Notes under the pieces: model-generated
Database searches by the model: none
Seen by the model: only the letters and a program-made list of their open reading frames with translations
Told to the model about the DNA's origin: nothing
Program-made: the position numbers and the translations under genes
Shown here: one piece after another, positions 19,374-30,082 of the stretch
Numbering within the stretch: position 1 is the first letter of the stretch
Layout of the letters: each line of letters begins with the position of its first letter
Assembly (NCBI GenBank): GCA_963790025.1
Contig: CAWBMP010000005.1
Span: 1 to 64,000, forward strand
Length of the DNA stretch: 64,000 nt
Direction of reading: 5' to 3'
Source: Nitrospirota bacterium
Lineage (GTDB): Bacteria; Nitrospirota; Thermodesulfovibrionia; Thermodesulfovibrionales; Dissulfurispiraceae

Positions 19374-20060
19374 TTAATGAAAATTGTCTATTTTTCTCCA
19401 TTCTAAAATCTTACTCCAATCATTTTGTTGCTCAGACAACGGGCGGTTCCTATTTACGCTTCCAGCACCACAATGGTAAAGAGGGAAGAGCACTATCGAA
19501 CTGTTCAATGCATATGGTGAGCGGCACATTATATTCGAAAGTTTTTTGTTCTTGGAATATCCAATGTTATAATGATCAAGAATCGATGCGCTCACTTTCT
19601 TGCTCAATGCAAGAATTGCCCTGGGCCTTATGATTTCTACAAGTGGCTTGAAGAACTCTTGTGTGCAGTTTATGAGCCAGGCATCTTCTACCGACGACTG
19701 AAGCCCACCTTGCTTTAGACATAAAATCAGATTTGTAAGAAAAACGACTTGGTCTTGAGCTTCGCGAGGTTTTCCTATTTTAATCCCGATGTGCTCAAGA
19801 AGTTTCTGCAAGTTTTCATTTGTGGGATTTCCAGACCGCTGATCTTTCCCTCCCCATTTTTGAAAATATGATTTATCACCCCAGTCCTGACCCACTACGA
19901 GCAATTCAGCATTCAGGTTTGCTTGCCAAAGAGACCAAGGTCCAATTTCATTTGAGTCATATTTACCATAGGCCACCTCAGCGGGATTGGAGAGGCCATT
20001 GCATAGCCGACAACTCTTTCGCTTCTCAACCAATCTTTTATACGCCTCTGTTTTTTCCAT
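19374..20060 (-). CDS. uracil-DNA glycosylase superfamily protein
   Basis: CRLC N-terminus, VVGQDWG, FLTNLILC, PLYHCG. Confidence 0.78.
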   Translation of the reverse strand: MEKTEAYKRLVEKRKSCRLCNGLSNPAEVAYGKYDSNEIGPWSLWQANLNAELLVVGQDWGDKSYFQKWGGKDQRSGNPTNENLQKLLEHIGIKIGKPREAQDQVVFLTNLILCLKQGGLQSSVEDAWLINCTQEFFKPLVEIIRPRAILALSKKVSASILDHYNIGYSKNKKLSNIMCRSPYALNSSIVLFPLYHCGAGSVNRNRPLSEQQNDWSKILEWRKIDNFH

Positions 20061-20391
20061 TTACCACACCTCTAACAACCTATCGGCATATTATCAGGAA
20101 ATTGTCTAATTCCCTTTTACTCCGTATGATTTTATCATGTCTCGGCTGTGTTTGTTACAGGAAGAAGTTAAAAAAGTTATCCGTCGCCTATGCCGGACCT
20201 TTTTTGACCATGGTGCGGGATGAAATGCGCGTTCTCATGAAAAGGGTGTCCGGCGCAAGCTTCCTTCCTGAAGTCCACGAGTTTGTTTCTGCTATAATTG
20301 TATAGATTTTAATCGGTAATCTACGTTTTGATAGCGGAGAAAATATGGATTTACATGAATCCGCAGAATGCCCTTATTACAATGCAAAGCC

Positions 20392-20465
20392 GCGCCCGTA
20401 ATTCAGTGGATTAGAAATTCACGCTTCGAACGTGAAAGCCGGGGGTTCGAATCCCTCCGGGCGTA
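20392..20465 (+). tRNA. tRNA-Arg(TCG)
   Basis: Acceptor GCGCCCG/CGGGCGT; anticodon arm TCACG-CTTCGAA-CGTGA; T arm GGGGG-TTCGAAT-CCCTC. One D-stem mismatch; CCA not encoded. Confidence 0.88.
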
Positions 20466-20600
20466 CTAATTTATCTATGTGAACGACGATGTTGTGGACA
20501 AAGAGCTAAGTAAATATACTCGACAGTCACGACTGCCCAAACTTTGATCTACATGACCATTGCCAATTTGTCAAAATGATAAAATAAGGAGGCGAATAAT

Positions 20601-20800
20601 TTGAAAATTAGAAAGACCGTTATTATACTTGGATTGGCATTGTCAGGCTGTTCAGGACTTAGGTGACCTGAATTAATTCGTGCCCACAAAATACCGAAAC
20701 ATTCACTCCTTATTCCTGCCCAAGCGGTGAGGAATGAAATTGCGGAAACATTTTTACATGTGCTATCCTCGGCTTGTGGGATAAAGGAAGAATAGAATAG
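20601..20800 (+). pseudogene. remnant of a lipoprotein gene
   Basis: AAGGAGG SD, then TTG start MKIRKTVIILGLALSGC (lipobox) with a stop at 20664-20666. Downstream frames are broken. Confidence 0.45.
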
Positions 20801-21022
20801 TTGATTAGACATAGAACATTTAAAAAACGGATTAACGGCACTAAAATTAACAGTTCATACGGCATGATATAAGAAGATTGCACCGACTATTATATGGATT
20901 AGATAGCTTTCTGTGAATTTGTAGACCAAAATATGACCAGAGACCGTTTCGTCAAATGAATGTGGATTTACAACCAGACCTTCAACCCGCTAAACGGGTT
21001 ACGTCCACGTTGGAAGAATTTT

Positions 21023-21763
21023 ATGCCTAATATTAAACTTGTTTTAGAATACGATGGTAGCCGTTATAACGGATGGCAGCGCCAGACGACTATTAAAAGC
21101 ACGGTTCAGGGAAGGATTGAACATGTGTTGCAACTTATGACAGGAGAAAAAATTGAGCTTCATGGATCAGGCCGTACAGACACCGGAGTTCATGCCCTTG
21201 GTCAAGTTGCAAATTTTCATACTCAAAGTCAAAAGGGACTTTCCGAAATGGAGGACTATCTTCATAAATACTTTCCAGATGATATTAATCTCCTGGACAT
21301 ACAGGAAATGCCTGAACGTTTCCATTCAAGGTTAAATTCAAAAGGAAAAGAATACTTATACCAGATTTGGAACCATCCCTTTAAAAAGAATATTTTCAAC
21401 AGGGGCTATTATTTTCACATAAAGAAACCTTTGAATATTGAAAAAATGAAGGAGGCTGCGGATTTGTTTGTTGGAACCAAAGATTTTCGAAGTTTTACGG
21501 CCTTGAAGTCCAAGAACAAATCGACCGTCAGGACACTCTCAAAGATTGACATTCTCAAAAAAGAAAGTGCAATCACTATCAATTTTTCTGGAGATGGTTT
21601 TCTTCATAGAATGGTCAGAGTGATTACCGGGACGATTATTCAAGTTGGGTTAGGAGAGCTTTCTGTTTCAGAAATTGAAGAAATGTTTGAAAAGGAAAAA
21701 CGCTCAGTGGCCGGCTTTACAGCTCCTCCTCATGCCTTGTTTCTGCTTAAAGTCATTTATTGA
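21023..21763 (+). CDS. truA: tRNA pseudouridine(38-40) synthase
   Basis: EYDGS.Y.GWQ.Q, SGRTDTGVHA, GFLHRMVR, TAPPHALFL. Confidence 0.93.
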   Translation: MPNIKLVLEYDGSRYNGWQRQTTIKSTVQGRIEHVLQLMTGEKIELHGSGRTDTGVHALGQVANFHTQSQKGLSEMEDYLHKYFPDDINLLDIQEMPERFHSRLNSKGKEYLYQIWNHPFKKNIFNRGYYFHIKKPLNIEKMKEAADLFVGTKDFRSFTALKSKNKSTVRTLSKIDILKKESAITINFSGDGFLHRMVRVITGTIIQVGLGELSVSEIEEMFEKEKRSVAGFTAPPHALFLLKVIY

Positions 21764-21922
21764 ATCTGAAAACAGTCTGTTTTCCCGGAATCCTGAAAGA
21801 CAACACTGCTTCCTGGACTCTGCATTTTTTGAACCTGCTATAATTGTGCGGAGTACTACTGGCAAATAGAGATTTCTATTTGTATAGTTTGAGCCGCACA
21901 ATATCTGTTCCGGGAAAAAAGA

Positions 21923-22606
21923 ATGTCATTTACCTTGGATAAAATTGTACCGTGGGGCCGTTCATATGAGGAATACATCTCCATGTTCTCCCTTAGTAAG
22001 GGTGACCTTGATCATGATATCTTAGGATGTGCGGACGGCCCGTCAAGTTTTAATTCCTGGTTAACCAAATACGGAGGAAAAATAATCTCTGTAGACCCTC
22101 TTTATCAGTACGCGAAGGAGCAGATCGCTCAACGAATAAGAGACACGTACAATGAGGTGCTCGAACAGACTCGAAAAAATGAGCATGAATTTGTATGGAC
22201 CACTATTCATTCGATAGAGGAATTAGGTCGGCTTCGTATGTCCGCCATGCAAGAATTCCTTAATGATTATGGAAAGGGACAAAGAGAAAGTCGTTATATG
22301 GCTGAATCCCTACCGTTTCTTTCATTTATTGATAAACAATTTCAATTAGCTTTGTGTTCTCATTTTCTATTTTTATACAGTGATCAGCTCGATCTGGACT
22401 TTCATATAAATTCAATTCTTGAAATGTGCCGGGTGGCGCATGAGGTCCGGATTTTTCCATTATTAAAACTTGGTGCAGAACCTTCGCCATATCTTAAGCC
22501 GGTTATGACTACTATAGAGGGGAGGGGCTATAAAGCAGAAATTGTGGGGGTGGACTATGAGTTTCAGCGAGGCGGAAATAAAATGATGAAAATACTATGT
22601 GCATAA
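21923..22606 (+). CDS. SAM-dependent methyltransferase-like protein
   Basis: ILGCADGPSSFN degenerate motif I, LCSHFLFLY, EVRIFP, YEFQRGG. Confidence 0.75.
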   Translation: MSFTLDKIVPWGRSYEEYISMFSLSKGDLDHDILGCADGPSSFNSWLTKYGGKIISVDPLYQYAKEQIAQRIRDTYNEVLEQTRKNEHEFVWTTIHSIEELGRLRMSAMQEFLNDYGKGQRESRYMAESLPFLSFIDKQFQLALCSHFLFLYSDQLDLDFHINSILEMCRVAHEVRIFPLLKLGAEPSPYLKPVMTTIEGRGYKAEIVGVDYEFQRGGNKMMKILCA

Positions 22607-22611
22607 CTTCT

Positions 22612-22700
22612 TTCTTCCTGAAACGAACACCAGTTGCAATTTCTTGAATATGTTTATTTCGGAAAATAACCTTCAAAATCTGGATTCTCTGAGCTACTTA
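22612..22700 (+). repeat. dispersed intergenic repeat, copy 2 (inverted relative to copy 1)
   Basis: TTCTTCCTGAAAC...GCAATTTCTTGAATATGTTTATTTCGGAAAATAACCTTCAAAATCTGGATTCTC. Confidence 0.85.
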
Positions 22701-22828
22701 CTTCGCAAAACAGACAGCGAGTCAAAGTATGTTTGTTTTTCCCTGAAAGAGCATGAAGGGGTAGCCCTGATTTTTGTCAATTGTACCCGGAAATATGCAA
22801 GAAGGCGCCTATACCAGGCTCGTGATGT

Positions 22829-23320
22829 TCATCTTTCAATATGCGCTCTTGTTCTGAAGTCATTAAGGCGCTGATTCATGAATGCGGCCAGAGCATTTGC
22901 CTTGAATCCGTAATTATCTGCCAATACACATCCGAACAAACTGTTCCCCCATGTCATACGACCGGATTCAGGTGTAAAATTATAGCTCACAAATCTCCTC
23001 GGTATAAACCACGAGAAGTAAATAGTACGAACGTCGAACATAGTGACATCTTTCCACAAAACCTTACATTTTCTAAATAATATGCACGTCTCAAAACCAT
23101 CATCCGTAATCCGCAGATATGAACTTCCAGGTAAAAGTAAAATAAAGGCCACTAACAAACAGCTTCCGCAAAAAATCAGACCGGCATATGCCATAGTTTC
23201 TCTATGACCATTAGCAATCATGCCGGCTACATCAAACAAACAATAGAGAAAGACAGGCAACATTAAAATGGGCTTCCATCGCTTTGATCGATAAATTAAT
23301 TCTTGATTATTTCTTTTCAT
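22829..23320 (-). CDS. hypothetical membrane protein (two TM helices plus a PH-like domain)
   Basis: Two hydrophobic segments followed by the LRITDDGF...VLWKDV pattern. Confidence 0.6.
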   Translation of the reverse strand: MKRNNQELIYRSKRWKPILMLPVFLYCLFDVAGMIANGHRETMAYAGLIFCGSCLLVAFILLLPGSSYLRITDDGFETCILFRKCKVLWKDVTMFDVRTIYFSWFIPRRFVSYNFTPESGRMTWGNSLFGCVLADNYGFKANALAAFMNQRLNDFRTRAHIER

Positions 23321-23890
23321 ACTTTTAAATGATAGTGCCAAATGAACTGTGACATTTTAACAGATAAATATTACAGTGAGCCAGAGTAAAATGCTTATTT
23401 ATTTGGACCAGTACTACGCAGAATTCCAGCTTTTTGGCTTTCAAGATTAGCAGGGTGAAACAAACTGCTCAGAACAAGGTACACACTGCTCCGATTTCTT
23501 GGTCCATCTGAGTCGGCATGCTTCCGAACAGCGTTAGTTTCCGATCGTATTGTTGAGCAAGTTGCTCATTCATGCAACTATCGGTTAGTCGGTGAAAGAG
23601 GTATCCATTGCCGAAAATGCCAGATCACTTCTTTTAAGGCAGTTGTCGATGAAGGTTTCTTCCGGTATTTCATATGGAGGCAAATCTAATCCCTCTCCTC
23701 ACTCAATAGTGGAGTTCATTCCAGGATATGGCAAATGCGTAAAATTATATCCCGTACTCCGCAGGTATAAGAAAAGAAGGCTGGTTTCGAGTACTGTGAG
23801 CAATCCGATTTGGCGTCCGACACCTTCAAGCTGTCGGCGGCAAGCTGAGTGCCGATCACGAGTGTTTGCGGGTATGTTTCTTTATTGTGA

Positions 23891-24931
23891 TTAGAAATAC
23901 CGCAGGATTCCGTAATACGTGTCCCTTTGGGCCGCCCTGAATCCGGCGCTCTGTATTGCCTGTATGATGTCCTCTTTCGATACCCTATAGCTCACACCGG
24001 CCGCCCTGACCACATTCTCTTCAATCATAGTCGAACCGAAATCATTGGCGCCGAACCGGAGTGCCACCTGTGCCAGCTTTAATCCCTGGGTGACCCATGA
24101 TGCCTGGACATTGATGAAATTATCGAGATATATCCGTGAAAGGGCTAACACTCTCAGATAATCTACGGCAGTGGCAACGCTGATTTTCTTCTGTCTTAAA
24201 AGTTCGGTGTTCCCTGCCTGAAAAGACCAGGGGATAAAAGCGGTAAATCCCCGTGACTTATCCTGGAGGCTTCTTATGACATCAAGGTGCTCGATAATGT
24301 CTTCAGGCCCTTCGATGCTGCCGAACATCATGGTAGCCGTAGTTTTCATGCCTATTCCGTGGGCCTCTTCCATGACTTTCAGCCACTGAGAGGATTTGAT
24401 TTTTTTAGGGCTCAATACTTCTCTTACTCTGTCGGAAAGCACCTCTGCCCCGCCGCCGGGGATGGAATCGAGACCCGCAAGTTTCAATGTCATCAGTGTC
24501 TCTCTGATCGTGAGGCGGTGTTTTTCGGCAAGATATGTAATTTCAGGAGGAGAAAATCCATGTACATTAATGTTGTAGAGCTTTTTAATAGACTGCAAAA
24601 TATCGATGTAGTATTCTATTCCCAAATCCGGATGAAGCCCACCCTGAAGGAGAATCTGCGTGCCGCCGAGGGCGATGGTTTCATCTATCTTCCCGAATAA
24701 TTCCTCTCTGGACAGAATGTACGCATCCGGGCTGTCTGCTTCCCGGTAAAAAGCGCAGAACGTGCATTTATTGATGCAGACGTTAGTGTAATTGATGTTT
24801 CGGTCCACGACAAACGAAACCGCGCCTTCAGGATGCAGATCTTTTCTGACAGCGTCCGCCCTTTCGCCAAGTTCAAGCAGATCGGTGTTTTTTAAAAGCT
24901 CCAATGCGGTTACTTTATCGATTCTGTCCAT
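23891..24931 (-). CDS. mqnC: cyclic dehypoxanthine futalosine synthase
   Basis: DRNINYTNVC...CTFCAF, LLQGGLHP, IPGGGAE, QASWVTQG, GANDFGSTMIEENVV. Confidence 0.9.
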   Translation of the reverse strand: MDRIDKVTALELLKNTDLLELGERADAVRKDLHPEGAVSFVVDRNINYTNVCINKCTFCAFYREADSPDAYILSREELFGKIDETIALGGTQILLQGGLHPDLGIEYYIDILQSIKKLYNINVHGFSPPEITYLAEKHRLTIRETLMTLKLAGLDSIPGGGAEVLSDRVREVLSPKKIKSSQWLKVMEEAHGIGMKTTATMMFGSIEGPEDIIEHLDVIRSLQDKSRGFTAFIPWSFQAGNTELLRQKKISVATAVDYLRVLALSRIYLDNFINVQASWVTQGLKLAQVALRFGANDFGSTMIEENVVRAAGVSYRVSKEDIIQAIQSAGFRAAQRDTYYGILRYF

Positions 24932-26023
24932 TTATACTTTCTGTTGTTTGGCATACACCTTCAGGTGATTATAGAACGCATCGCGCTGCACCGGAATCTT
25001 GCCTGTTTTCATTATGAGGTTGACTAATTCTTCACGTGTCATCCCCTCGCCGGTCATACCACCTGCCATGTGGGTTATTTTTTCCTCTATGATCGTTCCA
25101 TCTATATCGTCAGCGCCAAACAGCAGCGCGACCTGGGAAATCTTCTCGCCCAGCATGATCCAGTAAGCCTTGATATGATCGAAATTGTCGAGCACCAGCC
25201 TGCTTACGGCAATGGTCTTCAGGTCGTCGATACCGGATGAATAGAAACCGCCTATCGCGGTATTCTTGGGATGATAAGCCAGTGGGATAAAGGCCTGGAA
25301 CCCTCCCGTTCTGTCTTGCAGCGCTCTCAGCCTCAACAGGTGATCGACCCTGTCACCGATGCTTTCCAGGTGGCCGTACAGCATGGTAGCGTTAGTTCTG
25401 ATCCCCGCATCATGGGCCGCATTCATAATTTCGAGCCAACGGTCGCCTGAGATTTTTTCAGGGCAGAGCTTGTTCCTCGTCTCCTCTGCAAAGATTTCAG
25501 CACCACCTCCAGGCATGAGATCAAGGCCGCTCTCCTTCAGGGCTGCAAAGGTTGCATCAAGCTTTAACCCGCTGATCCGCGACATATAATCAATCTCAAC
25601 TGGAGTAAAAGCCTTGATTGAAAGGGAGGGATATTTTCCCTTGATCGCAGAAAGAAGACTCAAATAATGCTCAAAAGGCCACTCAGGATGAAGTCCGCCA
25701 ACAATATGGACTTCAGTTATGCGATTGTCCGTGCTGAAAGATGCGTCAAGTCTTGAAAGCACATCATCGATTGTCAGTTCAAAAGCGCCTTCCTCACCTT
25801 TTGAGCGGCTGAATGCACAAAACTTGCACCGGTTGACGCATATGTTTGTCGGATTGATATGGCGGTTGATAATGAAATATGCGTGCTTGCCGTTTCTCGC
25901 CTCGGCGCTCCCGGCGGCCAGGCTGCCTATTGTGAAAAGGTCATCGCTCTCGAATAGCGCAATTGCATCTGCCCTGCTCAGCCGTGCGCCTGAAAGAACT
26001 TTATCCCGAATGGATTCGAGCAT
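24932..26023 (-). CDS. mqnE: aminofutalosine synthase
   Basis: HINPTNIC...CKFCAF, EVHIVGGLHP, NATMLYGH, HIKAYW, EEKITHMAG. Confidence 0.9.
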   Translation of the reverse strand: MLESIRDKVLSGARLSRADAIALFESDDLFTIGSLAAGSAEARNGKHAYFIINRHINPTNICVNRCKFCAFSRSKGEEGAFELTIDDVLSRLDASFSTDNRITEVHIVGGLHPEWPFEHYLSLLSAIKGKYPSLSIKAFTPVEIDYMSRISGLKLDATFAALKESGLDLMPGGGAEIFAEETRNKLCPEKISGDRWLEIMNAAHDAGIRTNATMLYGHLESIGDRVDHLLRLRALQDRTGGFQAFIPLAYHPKNTAIGGFYSSGIDDLKTIAVSRLVLDNFDHIKAYWIMLGEKISQVALLFGADDIDGTIIEEKITHMAGGMTGEGMTREELVNLIMKTGKIPVQRDAFYNHLKVYAKQQKV

Positions 26024-26067
26024 GATCAATTATTATAAAACAAAAGTCTAAAATGTTAATATATTAG

Positions 26068-28827
26068 ATGTCAAATTTTGATTTGATAATTGAGGGGGCC
26101 CGACAGAATAACCTTAAGGGGATATCCCTCCGTCTCCCACACAACAATATCATTGCCGTCACGGGCGTTTCCGGTTCGGGAAAGTCCTCGTTGGCATTCG
26201 ATACCATTTTTGCAGAGGGGCAGTGGAGGTTTATCGAATCGCTTTCAACTTATGCGCGGCTGTTCCTGGAGAAGCTCGACAGGCCTGACGTCGACGCAAT
26301 ACACAATATAAGGCCGGCTGTCGCGCTGGAGCAGAAGAACCCGGTCAAGGGGTCCCGCTCTACAGTGGGCACACTCACCGAACTGTATGATTTGTTCCGG
26401 ATATTGTATTCCCGCATTGCCACGCCATACTGCCCGAGATGCGGTAAAGAGATACGGAGGTGGGACACCTCCCAAATTTCATCCGAATTGCTCGAAAAAT
26501 ATCAGAATGGCAGGGCGCTTATTATTTTTGAGACCTCCGAGTCACCCGAGACCTTGCGGCAAAGGGGGTTCCACAGGGTCTGGTTCAATGGGGAGACTGT
26601 TGATATCGGGGACCTTCCGAAAGACACAGCGGGGCCGATCGAGGTTGTACTTGACCGGCTTGTCATAACTAACGAGCCAAGACTGTCGGATTCAATAGAG
26701 ATCGCATGGAAGGAGGGAAGGGAAAAGGTCAAGGTCATTATCATAAGGTTGCATGATACCGCAAGTGAAATAGTATTACGTTTTTCTTCTAATAACACCT
26801 GCGACGAGTGTGCTGTTTTCCTGCCCGAACCTACCCCGTTGCTGTTCTCATTCAACCACCCGGTGTGCGCGTGTCCCGAGTGCAAGGGATTCGGTAATAT
26901 TTTGATTTATGACAGGGACTTGATCATGCCTGATAATTCTCTTTCGCTTTACGAGGGAGCGATAGACCTATGGGAGAAGCCGGGATACAAATGGTGGAGA
27001 GACCAGATGATCAAGGGCGCAAAGAAGACCGGTATCGATATAAACAAGCCTTTCGACGAACTGTCAAAGCAGGACCAAAACATTATCTTCAAGGGAAATG
27101 AGCACTTTTACGGCATAAACAGTTTCTTTGAGGATATGGAAAGCAAGCGTTACAAACTCCATGTGAGAGTGCTGTTGAGCAGGTACAGAAGTCCTGTTAC
27201 CTGTCCAAAATGCGGCGGCAGGCGGCTTTGCGAATTGGCGCTTGCCTACAAGATAGAAGGTATGGATATTGCCGAACTGTCTGAAATGTCGATATCAAAG
27301 ACACTGCGCTGGTTTGAACTACTCCACCTTTCACCGATGCAGGAGGATATTGCGAAAGAGGCGATACGGCAGATTACAATGAAACTGAGGTTCCTGGAGC
27401 GGGTGGGACTTGAGTATCTGACCCTGAACAGGCAGGCGAAAACCCTTTCAGGCGGAGAATACCAGAGGGTCAATTTGTCCAATCAACTGGCGTCTGCCCT
27501 TACCGGCACTATGTATGTTCTCGATGAGCCGACGATAGGGCTGCATCCGAGGGATACGAGAAGAATAGCCGATATAATGAGAGAACTCGCTTCACTGGGC
27601 AATACTATTATTGTTGTCGAGCATGACAAAGATATTATTTCCTCCAGTGACTGGGTGGTGGAACTCGGTCCCGGCGGAGGCCATATGGGCGGTGAGATAG
27701 TGTTTTCAGGTCCTATGAATGAGTTTTTAAAGGCGGACACTCTGACTTCCCGGTATATAAAGGGTACGGATACGCCTTACTTTGCAGGGCTGCGCAATAA
27801 AGATAAAGACTACAGGCTGCGCACCAGGGATTATTCTCTCACTCTTTATGGGGCCACAGGCAACAATCTGAAGAACGTGACTCTCAGGATACCCCTGGAA
27901 TTTCTGACCGTGGTTTCCGGGGTTTCGGGGTCGGGCAAAAGCAGCCTTATCGTCGAAACGCTGCACCATGCATTGGTCCGTCATTTCAAAATTGAACCTG
28001 AACAGCCTCTCCCCTATAAAAAGATCAAGGGCCTTGAAAATGTTAAGGGAGTGCGGCTTATTGATCAGAGCCCCATCGGGAAAACACCGAGGTCAAATCC
28101 CCTGACGTATCTTAAGATGTTCGACCCGGTACGGAAGATCTTCTCTCAGCAACTGGAGGCCCGGGCGTATGGATATACACCGGGGTTTTTTTCATTCAAT
28201 GTGCCGGGGGGCAGGTGCGAATCCTGCAAGGGCGAAGGGTACCAGAAGATGGAGATGTACTTCTTCGAGGACATTTTTGTGACCTGCGAGGAATGCAAGG
28301 GCAGGCGGTACAAGAGCGAGGCGCTGCGGGTGTATTACAGAGGTAAAAACGTCAATGATATTTTGAAGATGACGGTGGACGATGCGATCGAGTTTTTTTC
28401 CGACGTCCAGGAAATCAAGTCTAAACTTGTCCTTATGAAGGACATAGGGCTCGGCTATTTGCGGCTGGGCCAATCGGCGACGACACTTTCAGGGGGGGAG
28501 GCACAGCGGCTTAAAATATGCGCCGAACTATCGGTAAACTCCAGACCTGATGTACGGGGAGTGCTTTACATACTCGATGAACCGACTGTCGGGCTCCATC
28601 ACAATGATGTGATAATGTTGATAAAAATTATCAGAAAGCTTGTGGACAGCGGCAACACAGTGGTGATTATAGAACATAACCTGGACGTCATAGCCCAGGC
28701 CGACTGGGTCATCGACCTGGGGCCCGAAGGCGGAGACAAAGGCGGAGCCATTCTCTTCGAAGGGACTCCGGAAGAGTTGAAGAATGCAGGGGGCTCATAT
28801 ACCGGAAAATATCTGAAGATGCTTTAA
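26068..28827 (+). CDS. uvrA: excinuclease ABC subunit A
   Basis: GARQNNLK, two GVSGSGKSS Walker A motifs, zinc fingers, LSGGEAQRLK. Confidence 0.93.
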   Translation: MSNFDLIIEGARQNNLKGISLRLPHNNIIAVTGVSGSGKSSLAFDTIFAEGQWRFIESLSTYARLFLEKLDRPDVDAIHNIRPAVALEQKNPVKGSRSTVGTLTELYDLFRILYSRIATPYCPRCGKEIRRWDTSQISSELLEKYQNGRALIIFETSESPETLRQRGFHRVWFNGETVDIGDLPKDTAGPIEVVLDRLVITNEPRLSDSIEIAWKEGREKVKVIIIRLHDTASEIVLRFSSNNTCDECAVFLPEPTPLLFSFNHPVCACPECKGFGNILIYDRDLIMPDNSLSLYEGAIDLWEKPGYKWWRDQMIKGAKKTGIDINKPFDELSKQDQNIIFKGNEHFYGINSFFEDMESKRYKLHVRVLLSRYRSPVTCPKCGGRRLCELALAYKIEGMDIAELSEMSISKTLRWFELLHLSPMQEDIAKEAIRQITMKLRFLERVGLEYLTLNRQAKTLSGGEYQRVNLSNQLASALTGTMYVLDEPTIGLHPRDTRRIADIMRELASLGNTIIVVEHDKDIISSSDWVVELGPGGGHMGGEIVFSGPMNEFLKADTLTSRYIKGTDTPYFAGLRNKDKDYRLRTRDYSLTLYGATGNNLKNVTLRIPLEFLTVVSGVSGSGKSSLIVETLHHALVRHFKIEPEQPLPYKKIKGLENVKGVRLIDQSPIGKTPRSNPLTYLKMFDPVRKIFSQQLEARAYGYTPGFFSFNVPGGRCESCKGEGYQKMEMYFFEDIFVTCEECKGRRYKSEALRVYYRGKNVNDILKMTVDDAIEFFSDVQEIKSKLVLMKDIGLGYLRLGQSATTLSGGEAQRLKICAELSVNSRPDVRGVLYILDEPTVGLHHNDVIMLIKIIRKLVDSGNTVVIIEHNLDVIAQADWVIDLGPEGGDKGGAILFEGTPEELKNAGGSYTGKYLKML

Positions 28828-28867
28828 CCTTCCATCAACCCGACTGGACGTCCAGTCAGCGGCAATT

Positions 28868-30082
28868 TCAGATTTTGTCCAGGGCCTGCTTGAGGTCTGC
28901 AATCAGGTCGTCTACATCCTCCAGTCCCAGGGCGATCCGAACGAGGTTGTCCACCATGCCTATGGAGCGCCGGTATTCCTCGGAATAATCGAAGAACGAC
29001 ATTACCCACATCTGCGTCACAAGGCTTTCGGTCCCGCCGAGGCTTGGAGTTATCAGGAATAATTTCAGCGCATCGATGAACTTCCGTGTCTCCCTCTCTC
29101 CGCCCTTCACGAGAAAAGAGATCAGGCTGCCGAAACCGCGCATCTGTTTTCTCGCAACCTTGTAATCGGGATGGGACTTGAGGCCGGGGTACCAGACTTT
29201 TTCTATTTTGGGGTGCGACTCAAGCATAAGTGCAACTGCCATGCCTGTGCGATTGTGGTGCTCCATCCTGAGGGCAAAGCTCTTCAAACCCCGTTCCAGT
29301 AAGAAACAGGTGAACGGGCCCGGAGTAGCGCCTATCATTCTCTGCATACGGTAGAGGGCATCGAGTTTTTTGTGGTTGCCGAGGGCCACTCCTGCAAGCA
29401 GGTCGTTATGGCCGCCCAGATACTTGGTTGCGGAATGTATTACTATATCGACGCCCATATCGAGAGGCTTGATATTGTAAGGGGCCGCCAGTGTAGCATC
29501 TATTATGGTCATCACGCGGTGCTTCCTGGCTACTTTCACTATCGCAGGCAAGTCCAGAACCCGCAGGTAAGGATTTGTCGGTGATTCGGTAAAAATTATG
29601 TTGGTATTGGGGCGGATGGCTTTCCCGATGGCCTCTGCAGTCGGGTCCACCAGGGAGACTTCTATGCCGAACTGCGACAGCAGGTTGTTTGCAAAATCGC
29701 GGGTCTGGCGGTAGCAGTCGTTTGTGAATATTATATGTCTGTCCCGTTTCATATAAGTCATCAGGGTCAGGACCACTGCGCTCATGCCGGAAGAGAAAAG
29801 CACCGCCCGTTCAGCCCCTTCAACAGCGGCCAGCTTCCGTTCGCACTCCTGCTGAGTCGGGTTGCCGTACCTGCTGTATTCGTGCTCCCTCACCAGACGG
29901 CCCTTGCTTTTTGCCGTCATAAATTCCAGGACTTCAGCGGTTGTATTGAAATAGTAGTTGGAAGTCTGCACAATCGGTGTCGAGACCGAATGATAGGCTT
30001 TGGGGACCCGGGCCGTGCCGTGAATAGCGAGGGTTGCCGGCTTCCAGTTTCCCGGGTTTGAAGACTTTTTAGACATCAGCAT
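28868..30082 (-). CDS. metB: cystathionine gamma-synthase family PLP enzyme (plant-like)
   Basis: [33 protein letters not shown]. Confidence 0.75.
   Translation of the reverse strand: MLMSKKSSNPGNWKPATLAIHGTARVPKAYHSVSTPIVQTSNYYFNTTAEVLEFMTAKSKGRLVREHEYSRYGNPTQQECERKLAAVEGAERAVLFSSGMSAVVLTLMTYMKRDRHIIFTNDCYRQTRDFANNLLSQFGIEVSLVDPTAEAIGKAIRPNTNIIFTESPTNPYLRVLDLPAIVKVARKHRVMTIIDATLAAPYNIKPLDMGVDIVIHSATKYLGGHNDLLAGVALGNHKKLDALYRMQRMIGATPGPFTCFLLERGLKSFALRMEHHNRTGMAVALMLESHPKIEKVWYPGLKSHPDYKVARKQMRGFGSLISFLVKGGERETRKFIDALKLFLITPSLGGTESLVTQMWVMSFFDYSEEYRRSIGMVDNLVRIALGLEDVDDLIADLKQALDKI

Noticed and set aside
17547..22700. CRISPR array
   Set aside because: Repeats are few, dispersed and in mixed orientation, with no regular spacers and no cas genes.
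23400..23890. 100-aa ORF at 23592-23894
   Set aside because: No recognisable motif or SD; not supportable as a gene.
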